Shown: piece after piece, positions 15,735 to 22,437 of the stretch | Numbering within the stretch: the stretch's first letter is position 1 | Layout: every line of letters starts with the position of its first letter | Assembly: GCA_049303155.1 (NCBI GenBank) | Contig: JBAQMW010000339.1 | Location: forward strand, 1-49,238 | Source: Thermodesulfobacteriota bacterium | GTDB taxonomy: Bacteria > Desulfobacterota > GWC2-55-46 > DRQE01 | Direction of reading: 5' to 3' | DNA length: 49,238 nt | Position numbers and translations under genes: made by a program | The notes under the pieces: model-generated | Database searches by the model: none | What the model was told of the DNA's origin: nothing | Seen by the model: the letters and a program-made list of their open reading frames with translations, nothing else

Positions 15735-18617
15735 TTACTGCAACCTCAATCCCGTCTCGACTTCTTTTCCCTCTGCCCCGTATTTTATCTTTAGATTCCC
15801 GGCTTCGTCGGCTTTGAACGTTATGAGCACGTCTTCGTCCGTTACCTTGCCGAGAGGCAGGGTTATTATTTTAAAACCCTTGAATTCGACGTCTTCCGGA
15901 AGAGGGGTTTTGACGGTCTGCTTTATGAATTCCATGCCGGCCTCGCTCACCCATCTTCTTACGAGAAACGTTTCCGGAACCTCGAAAACCTCGAGATAGA
16001 GTTCATCCTGCGGCCCGAGGCACGAGGCAGGCCGCGCCCTGAAGGTCTTTTCCAGAGGAAGGGATTCTCCTTTTTCAAGCATTATCTCGTAGAAGTCTTT
16101 TTTCTCCTTGTCCTTCACAGCATAACGGAGGGCGTAGGCTATCGCGAGATGCCTGTCGGTAACGGCCTTTGTCCCGTAAAGCGCCGTGCCCTTTGCAACC
16201 GCGGAAAGGGGGCTGTGGTCGTAAACCGCGTTAAGTTTTCTGAGTTCCGGGAAAAGGGCCGTTATCTTGTCTTTGAAAGAGGGTATCTGCGAACTTCCGC
16301 CCGTAAGGAGCACCGCCTCGACCATGTCTTTTGTTACACCCAATTTTTTTGCCTTTTTGAAAACGTAGGATATCGCCCTGTCGATTGTCTCGTAGAATTC
16401 GTGAGACGCGAGCGTCGTTTCAAAATCCTCCCTTGTTACACGCACCTCTTTTCCGTCCCATTCGAATGGAACGGAGCGGTGTTCGGAGAGGGCTATCTTT
16501 ATGTCTTCGGCCTCGACCAAAACCTTCGGAGGTATCGCATCCTCCGAGAAGCCGAGCCTTTTAGCGAGATGAGAGGCGAGCCAAAAATCTATGTCCCTTC
16601 CTCCGAGCATGGTCGAGCGGTCGGGCTTGGCCACGACGTGCACCTCTTCGGTATTGAGCCTAAGCAACATCACGTCCAGCGTGCACCCGCCGAAGTCTAT
16701 GACGAGAGCGATCTTGTCTCTCTTTTCGGCTATCCGGTAGCCGATGGCCGCGGCAAGAGGCTCCTCCACGAAGTCTATTTCCACTCCGCGCGCCATGCCT
16801 TTGAAGATTCCGCCTATCGTCTTCCTGTAGGCTTGGAATCCGACCGGCACGGACACGCATATCTTGTCGGCGGGCTTGGCGGTCAGGATGGAAAGCCAGC
16901 CGGAGTGCGGCACAGAGCCTTTTATGTGGCGGTAGAGGGTCCTTAAATATCTTGCCATGTAATCCGCGCCTTTGGGGTCGTTCTCGAGGAGCATCTTCTT
17001 GATGTTAAGCGAAGACAGATGCTTGGCGTCCGCGCCGATACTTCCGGTATCGGGATGTATGTAGGTCGGCACGATGTAGGTGTCGCCGTATTTTTTGGAA
17101 AGCCCGTCAAGATAAACGAACTCCGGCTCCGCGTCCTCGTGCTTTCTCATTATGACGGTATTTGTCGCGCCGAGGTCTATGGCGATTGTTTCCTTTACCT
17201 GAGCCTTAATCCCCCCTGACCCCCCTTTCGGGGCACCCACGCCAAGTGGCGTGGGTCGGGGGGTAATCTTCGCGGTTTTTGAAACGTCTTTTTTCACGAT
17301 GTTGAAACGTTCTTCCTTGACGAATACAGGACGCTCTATCTCTTTACCGTGGAATTTGTCCTTCAGGGCCTCTATGCGTTCGGAAAGCTTTTTCAGCGTT
17401 TCCCTCAATTCGATTGGCCTTATCCAGACGTGGACGTAGGGCTTGAGGATTTCGAGAAGTCTCGCGTCGTTAAGGGCTTCCGAGAACTTTTCGAGTTCGG
17501 CTATGAAAAGATGCGCGTAGTTTTCTCTCGTGTAACGGCGTTTTTTGCTCTCGGTCATCTTCTTTTCTTCGGCAACGATGATGAAGTCAACTATTTCCAG
17601 CACCTCGACGTCCGCCATCCTGCTCTTTACCGAGAAAAACGGCAGGATTTCCTCTATCGTATTGACTATAAGGCCCATGAACTCGCGCGTCTTCGGAAGC
17701 TCCAGTAAAAGGTCTATGAGCGCGTAGGTCCTCGTGAACGGCTCTTTTATCGTAACCGCGGCCTTGAAGGAATCCGTTACGCAGCGCTCGTAAAACGGCA
17801 CGAACTCATCGGCCTTGGGCAGGCTCCGCGCCATGAAAAGCAAGGCGTATTTTCTGTAATAGGGTTCATCGAGGATGTTCGAGGCGCGGACGGCCACGTC
17901 AATCGCCTTCTTGTAGAGTTCGAGAAATTTTCCTTTTTTTGGCAGATTCGTCGCTATGCCCAGGAAGGTGTGGTTTTGGTAAAAAGTTATGTCGCAGGTC
18001 TTCGGAAGTTCTTTCGCAATCTCGGCGAGATTGAATTTTCTGTACGAGGGGTCTTCCGAAAGGCCAAGCGCCACCTCTATGGCGCGGAGAGCGAGGTGGT
18101 CGAAGCCGCCCCTCTTCTTGAGTTTTTCCGATATGTCGGAAAGGGAAAACCTGCGGTAGAATCTGTCGTCAATCTTGTCGGCCGCCTCCACGGCGCGTTC
18201 CATGGTTTTGCCGTAAACCGCCGAGAATTCTATTGCTTCGGGTATGTCTTCGGCGATGCGAAGGAGGGCGGACTTCCGGTGTTTCGCGTCCTCCATGAGC
18301 TCTAGAGCCTTGATAGCCGCCAGAATCGCGGCCATGTGCAGATCCGCGAATTCATCGGTCTTGGGAAGGATGTGGTTGAATTCGAGTATTCCGTTTTGCC
18401 GCTCTTCGGGTGTTTCCATCCGCTCAAGAATATCGAGGGCAATCTCGAAGGCCTTTATGCTTTCCTTGGACTGAGGAAGTTCGGAGAGGAGGCTCGTTAT
18501 CGCGATACTTTTGTTTTTCCGGTTCAAGCCCGATTCCGCGATGTCTTTGAGGCGTTCAATCGTCGAGTTCGACATATTTATACGGGCAACCGGCAGGGCT
18601 TGGCACTGCGCCGACAA
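15735..18617 (-). CDS. Hsp70/DnaK-family ATPase fused to an N-terminal approx 450-aa alpha-solenoid repeat domain
   Basis: C-terminal half: IAIDLGATNTV (phosphate-1), VIDFGGCTLDV (phosphate-2), LLTGGSSQIPSF (adenosine motif), then a beta-sandwich-like tail ITFKADEAGNLKIKYG. N-terminal half: eight approx 40-residue repeats marked by LPK/LPQ/IPE. The listed start is TTG at 18617; the ATG at 18575 is an alternative. Confidence 0.8.
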   Translation of the reverse strand: MSAQCQALPVARINMSNSTIERLKDIAESGLNRKNKSIAITSLLSELPQSKESIKAFEIALDILERMETPEERQNGILEFNHILPKTDEFADLHMAAILAAIKALELMEDAKHRKSALLRIAEDIPEAIEFSAVYGKTMERAVEAADKIDDRFYRRFSLSDISEKLKKRGGFDHLALRAIEVALGLSEDPSYRKFNLAEIAKELPKTCDITFYQNHTFLGIATNLPKKGKFLELYKKAIDVAVRASNILDEPYYRKYALLFMARSLPKADEFVPFYERCVTDSFKAAVTIKEPFTRTYALIDLLLELPKTREFMGLIVNTIEEILPFFSVKSRMADVEVLEIVDFIIVAEEKKMTESKKRRYTRENYAHLFIAELEKFSEALNDARLLEILKPYVHVWIRPIELRETLKKLSERIEALKDKFHGKEIERPVFVKEERFNIVKKDVSKTAKITPRPTPLGVGAPKGGSGGIKAQVKETIAIDLGATNTVIMRKHEDAEPEFVYLDGLSKKYGDTYIVPTYIHPDTGSIGADAKHLSSLNIKKMLLENDPKGADYMARYLRTLYRHIKGSVPHSGWLSILTAKPADKICVSVPVGFQAYRKTIGGIFKGMARGVEIDFVEEPLAAAIGYRIAEKRDKIALVIDFGGCTLDVMLLRLNTEEVHVVAKPDRSTMLGGRDIDFWLASHLAKRLGFSEDAIPPKVLVEAEDIKIALSEHRSVPFEWDGKEVRVTREDFETTLASHEFYETIDRAISYVFKKAKKLGVTKDMVEAVLLTGGSSQIPSFKDKITALFPELRKLNAVYDHSPLSAVAKGTALYGTKAVTDRHLAIAYALRYAVKDKEKKDFYEIMLEKGESLPLEKTFRARPASCLGPQDELYLEVFEVPETFLVRRWVSEAGMEFIKQTVKTPLPEDVEFKGFKIITLPLGKVTDEDVLITFKADEAGNLKIKYGAEGKEVETGLRLQ
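17208..17267 (+). repeat. family C palindromic element, copy C2, embedded in-frame in the Hsp70-like CDS
   Basis: 60 nt (20 codons) encoding [20 protein letters not shown] (residues 451-470). Core hairpin acccacgcc-aagt-ggcgtgggt at 17235-17256. Same element at 24427-24485. Confidence 0.85.
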
Positions 18618-18643
18618 TGTTTTATTTTTCTTTTCACTATATC

Positions 18644-18800
18644 GTAGCGCCTCCCTTTATAGAGCCTGCCCCCGCAGAGCTTGCCCCGGCAGGCAGTAAG
18701 CAGGGGCATTAAGCGGGGGGTTGCATCCTTGTTTTCAAAATGCAGGGACGACCCACTCTATGGAGCGGGTGCCCGCCCTGCCCTACGTTCATTGTGCCGG
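18644..18800 (+). repeat. interspersed repeat family B, copy B1
   Basis: gtagcgcctccctttatagagcctgcccccgca ... taagcggggggttgc ... gccctgccctacgttcattgtgccgg parallels 40561-40729. Its right end overlaps the last codons of the radical SAM gene. Confidence 0.8.
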
Positions 18801-19358
18801 CAACTTACTGAAGCCTGTTTCTACGACTACCCCGTCCTTTCCTATGTTTATTTCGATTTTGCCCGGCATTGAAAAGTCTTCGATGGAATACGCGTCGCTC
18901 AAAAAATGAAACGTCTGGTTCGAGGAACCCCGCGCGAGAAGGGTCTTTTCTTTTTTCGATTCCACGAACGGCCCGTCAATCAAAACGTCTGCGTATTCGA
19001 GGGCCTCAGGGGAAGGGATTTTATTTTTAAGTTCCTCTAACGTAAAGCCGGTGTAAACCACGGTCGTAAGATTCCTGCGTTCCTTGGCGATTTTTAAAAT
19101 CTCGGCAAGCCCCTTGGCCTGAAGAAACGGCTCGCCGCCGCTTATCGTCAGTCCCTCGATGCCGGTGGTAAGATGCCTTTCAAAGACCTCGTCCGCTTGG
19201 TAAAGCGCGGCAGTATCGAAAGAATGCGTCGCGTGGTTAAAGCACCCGGCGCAATTCCTGCCGCAGCCCTGAAAAAACACCACGAGTCTTTTGCCCGGAC
19301 CGTTTATTCTTGAGCAGGGTATTACGGCGTGTATATTGAGGGAAGTTTTCTTATTCAC
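18789..19358 (-). CDS. NrdG/PflA-type radical SAM activating enzyme (no cognate glycyl-radical enzyme nearby)
   Basis: 189 aa. NGPGKRLVVFFQGCGRNCAGCFN carries the CxxxCxxC cluster in the NrdG-type context; SGGEPFLQ SAM-binding motif. Confidence 0.8.
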   Translation of the reverse strand: MNKKTSLNIHAVIPCSRINGPGKRLVVFFQGCGRNCAGCFNHATHSFDTAALYQADEVFERHLTTGIEGLTISGGEPFLQAKGLAEILKIAKERRNLTTVVYTGFTLEELKNKIPSPEALEYADVLIDGPFVESKKEKTLLARGSSNQTFHFLSDAYSIEDFSMPGKIEINIGKDGVVVETGFSKLPAQ

Positions 19359-19536
19359 CTGTTTCTATCTTTATTCGCTCTGTGGTGTCGAGGCCGTCTT
19401 TTTCAACGAAGCGCTGTATCTTTCCGAGCGCTTTTTCGAGGTGCAGGGCGGTTTCCTTGCAGTCCTTGAAAACGCTTGAATCCACCTCTACCTTGCCGTC
19501 CGGTGTTATCCTTATCCTAATTTCTTTTCCCGCCAT
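19351..19536 (-). CDS. small protein, DUF2997-like
   Basis: 61 aa. IRIRITPDGKVEVDSSVFKDCKETALHLEKALG fits my memory of the DUF2997 pattern. Overlaps the downstream radical SAM gene by 8 nt. Confidence 0.65.
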   Translation of the reverse strand: MAGKEIRIRITPDGKVEVDSSVFKDCKETALHLEKALGKIQRFVEKDGLDTTERIKIETGE

Positions 19537-19539
19537 GGC

Positions 19540-19878
19540 CTATCCTTTCAAAAGAATGGTTATGCTGCCGGCCGATTCGGTCTCCTTCGCTATCTCGAAA
19601 TCGAGCGGCAGGTTTTCTTTAATGGACATGTAGGCATACATCTGAGTGAGGCGCTGGGTGAACGCGTTCACGACCCTCGCGTCCCCTTCGACCCGGACCG
19701 TCCCCTCTTTGGTCATGGAGACGTTCATTATATCTCCGCCGCGGTCCACCTTTATCGAATCTTTTTTTTCGATCTGTTCGTAGCGCGTTATCTCCCCTCT
19801 TTTCTTGAGTTCCTCGAGGGCCAATAATATGTAGTGCCTGTTTTTGAGTTCGGTTTTTATCTCGGTATAGTAGCTCAC
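19540..19878 (-). CDS. DUF1257 (Ycf35-like) protein
   Basis: 112 aa. GTG start with ggagg SD. N-terminus MSYYTEIKTELKNRHYILLALEEL resembles the DUF1257 signature MSHFT.IKT......L..AL..L. Ends 3 nt before the next gene. Confidence 0.7.
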   Translation of the reverse strand: MSYYTEIKTELKNRHYILLALEELKKRGEITRYEQIEKKDSIKVDRGGDIMNVSMTKEGTVRVEGDARVVNAFTQRLTQMYAYMSIKENLPLDFEIAKETESAGSITILLKG

Positions 19879-19932
19879 TTCGCCTCCGCCATTAATCCCT
19901 CCTAACCTCCCTTTAGAAAAGGGAGGAATCGT

Positions 19933-22083
19933 CTATTCGAGAGGGTTTGTCTTGAAAAATTCCGAAAGAGATTCGCCGCTCATCAAGACCTCCCCCATGA
20001 GCGCGTTCACGAGCTTAAGGAGGACTTCTTTATTTTTGGCGAGGAATTCCTCGCTCTCCTCCCTCGCGTTCGTGAGGATTTTCTGTATGTCGTCCAAAAC
20101 GTCTTTGCCGGAGGCTAGCGTATAATCCTGAAGCTGGATGAGGCTCGCGTTTTTCATTATCTCGCCGAACCCGTACTCGACGACCATCTTCTTCGCCTTT
20201 GCCGTGGCTTCGAGGAGGTCGTGCGACGCCCCGACGGTCTTGGAATCCTGTCCGTAGAGTTCGGTCTCGGCGCACATCCCTCCCAGGACGACGCCTATCT
20301 CCTTTTCAAGGTCTCTTTTGGTGAAGGTGTTTTTCATGGCCTCCTCGCGCGGGATAAAGGCGCTGAAGTCCTTGTAGTTGTCTATGCTCACGAACACAGG
20401 GATCTTGCCGAAGTGGTGCCGCATGAGGAGCGCGTGCCCCGCCTCGTGTATCGCAATGCTTCTTTTTTCTTTTTCCGTAAGGGTCTCTACGCGTTGGCGG
20501 AAAAGGGACTTCGACGCTGGCCTCGCGCGCTGGTGGCTCCAGTTGCGGAGTTCTTCTATCTCTTCTTTTTTAAGAACCGAAAGAGGCGTGATGTTTCTGA
20601 TGGAGCCCAAGATGCTCTCTTTCGTCAGGTTCAGGACGGAAAGTTCGTCTATCAGGGTTTCGGTTGTTTTGGCGTCCTTGCCTTCGTGTATGGCGTTAAA
20701 GGTCGTTACGATCGCGTCCTTTATGCCCTGCTCTATTTCGGCTCCGGTAAAGCCCTGCGTATTCTGGGCGAGTTCCTTAAGGTTGAAGGCGGTCGGGTCT
20801 TGCGACCTTCTTTCGAGGTGTATGCGGAATATCTCTTCCCTTTCGTCCGCGCTCGGCAGGTCAACGAAAAACACCTCGTCGTAACGGCCCTTTCTCCAGA
20901 GTTCCGGCGGGAGGTTTTTCGGCTCGTTCGCCGTGGCTATGACAAAGACCGGTTTTTCCTTGTCCTGAAGCCACGTGATAAAAGTCCCGAAAACCCTTAA
21001 TTGGGTTCCGGAATCTCCCTGAAAGCCCGTTACCCCTCCGAAGGCCTTGTCTATTTCGTCTATCCACATGATGCAGGGGCTTACGGCCTCGGCAAGCTGT
21101 ATGCAGCGGCGTATGTTCTTTTCGGATTCGCCGACCGTGGAGCCGAAGAGCCTTCCGACGTCCATCCTGAGGAGCGGCAGGTTCCATATTCCGGCCAGGG
21201 CCTTGCAACAGAGGCTTTTGCCGCTTCCCGGCACCCCTATGAGGAGAAGCCCCTTGGGTATTTCAAGCCCCAAGACGCTTATCTTGTCCCTGCTCAGCCT
21301 GAAGACGTGCTCCCTGTCTATGAACCATTTTTTTATTTCGTCAAGGCCGCCTATGTTGTCTATGGTTTCCCTGTGCGGGTAGTAGTCGAGGATCTTCTGT
21401 TTTTTTATTATCTGCTGTTTTTCGTCCTGTATGTCCTTGATGCAGTCCTCGTTTAAAACGCCTTTATTGATGCTTATGGCCTTTCTTACGACCCTTCTGA
21501 TGTTATCGAGAGAAAGCCCCTGAAGCGACTGGAAGAGGATGGTTCGCGTGGAAGAGTGCCACGTCTTAGGGATAAGGTGGCCGTAGGTGGAGGCGACCAT
21601 CTCTTCTATCTCGTCGTAGTCCGGAAGGGCAAGCTCCAATACCACGATGTCTTCTTCGAGTTCGGGCGGAATCTCGCTTAAGGTCGGAGAGAGGATGCAT
21701 ACGGTCGAGACGGAGCGCTGCTGCTCGTCTATTATGGCGGGCAGGTCGCGGAATTTTCTCAGGAATTCGTGGGAGGCGAAATATCCGGCAACGTCCTTAA
21801 GAAGAAACAGGTTAGAGGCGTCTTCGCTTTTTTGGATTTTTTCTTCTATCGCGGTAAGTATCTTTTCGCGGCCTATGGGTTCTTTTTTCTTTTTGTCGCT
21901 CGAATAAAGTCCCCTTGAGACCGACCAACACCAGTAGTTAGCGCCGATGTCCTTGCAGAGGTTTTCGAGGATTTTTTCAACCCTCCGTTCCTCAAAGGAC
22001 ACGAGCCAGAGGATAGGGTACCTCGCCTCTATGTGTATCTTGATTTCTTTTTCAAAATCCGCGGTATTCATATTTTGTCTCAT
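19933..22083 (-). CDS. soluble AAA+ ATPase with Ycf46-type N-domain fused to an M41 (FtsH-like) zinc peptidase domain
   Basis: 716 aa. Walker A GVPGSGKS (nt 21214-21237), Walker B IMWIDEID, HEAGH (nt 20434-20448), downstream GASHDLLEAT as in FtsH GAsnD. No hydrophobic TM segment. Confidence 0.85.
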   Translation of the reverse strand: MRQNMNTADFEKEIKIHIEARYPILWLVSFEERRVEKILENLCKDIGANYWCWSVSRGLYSSDKKKKEPIGREKILTAIEEKIQKSEDASNLFLLKDVAGYFASHEFLRKFRDLPAIIDEQQRSVSTVCILSPTLSEIPPELEEDIVVLELALPDYDEIEEMVASTYGHLIPKTWHSSTRTILFQSLQGLSLDNIRRVVRKAISINKGVLNEDCIKDIQDEKQQIIKKQKILDYYPHRETIDNIGGLDEIKKWFIDREHVFRLSRDKISVLGLEIPKGLLLIGVPGSGKSLCCKALAGIWNLPLLRMDVGRLFGSTVGESEKNIRRCIQLAEAVSPCIMWIDEIDKAFGGVTGFQGDSGTQLRVFGTFITWLQDKEKPVFVIATANEPKNLPPELWRKGRYDEVFFVDLPSADEREEIFRIHLERRSQDPTAFNLKELAQNTQGFTGAEIEQGIKDAIVTTFNAIHEGKDAKTTETLIDELSVLNLTKESILGSIRNITPLSVLKKEEIEELRNWSHQRARPASKSLFRQRVETLTEKEKRSIAIHEAGHALLMRHHFGKIPVFVSIDNYKDFSAFIPREEAMKNTFTKRDLEKEIGVVLGGMCAETELYGQDSKTVGASHDLLEATAKAKKMVVEYGFGEIMKNASLIQLQDYTLASGKDVLDDIQKILTNAREESEEFLAKNKEVLLKLVNALMGEVLMSGESLSEFFKTNPLE

Positions 22084-22150
22084 TATAGCACAACATTATT
22101 TCCGTATGCAAATCTTACGGAAAGCAGGGGTAATTTAATAGAATTAGTTT

Positions 22151-22200
22151 GTCATTCCCGAGGTTCGGGACACCCATGCGAAGCATGGGTCGGGGAATCC
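22151..22200. repeat. family D/C hybrid palindrome
   Basis: gtcattcccg..cacccatgc-gaa-gcatgggtcggggaatcc. Its inner hairpin is a compensated variant of the family C core. Confidence 0.7.
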
Positions 22201-22231
22201 AAGCGGTTTTTTCTTTCAAAGACAAATACAT

Positions 22232-22336
22232 GGATTCCCGCTCAACCCAGCACCACTTTATGTTACGAGCGTAAGTTATATGAAAAAAACGTTAGTGCCG
22301 TAAAGTGGTGCTGGGCAAAAGATTGCGGGAATGACA
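22232..22336. repeat. MITE-like palindromic element
   Basis: Termini ggattcccgc / gcgggaatgaca. Perfect 15-bp inner inverted repeat cccagcaccacttta (22246-22260) / taaagtggtgctggg (22301-22315) around a 40-nt loop. Confidence 0.8.
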
Positions 22337-22401
22337 GACTGGGAAGACCGTGGGAATGACAGAATTGTCAAAATACACTGTTCAGTTTCTGAACAAAGCG
22401 C

Positions 22402-22431
22402 TTGACATGACCTTTTGAAAAGTGGTATGTT
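22402..22431 (+). promoter_or_regulatory. putative extended -10 promoter of the regulator gene (possibly a leaderless mRNA)
   Basis: TTGACA (22402-22407), 18-nt spacer containing TG, TATGTT (22426-22431). The ATG at 22438 is only 6 nt downstream and has no SD. Confidence 0.4.
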
Positions 22432-22437
22432 CATAGT

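Noticed and set aside
19540-19878. DUF1257 protein as a GrcA-like glycyl-radical spare part, based on VRVEGD
   Set aside because: It is kept only as a speculation inside a finding. The motif lacks the conserved aromatic residue and surrounding context of true glycyl-radical loops, and the protein is not otherwise PFL- or GrcA-like.
20221-21000. Plus-strand ORFs (20221..21000, 20378..20884, 21001..21456, 16149..16946, 17349..17708, 17970..18305) opposite the AAA+ and Hsp70-like genes
   Set aside because: They are antisense to ORFs carrying Walker, HEAGH and Hsp70 motifs, and no independent signals support them.
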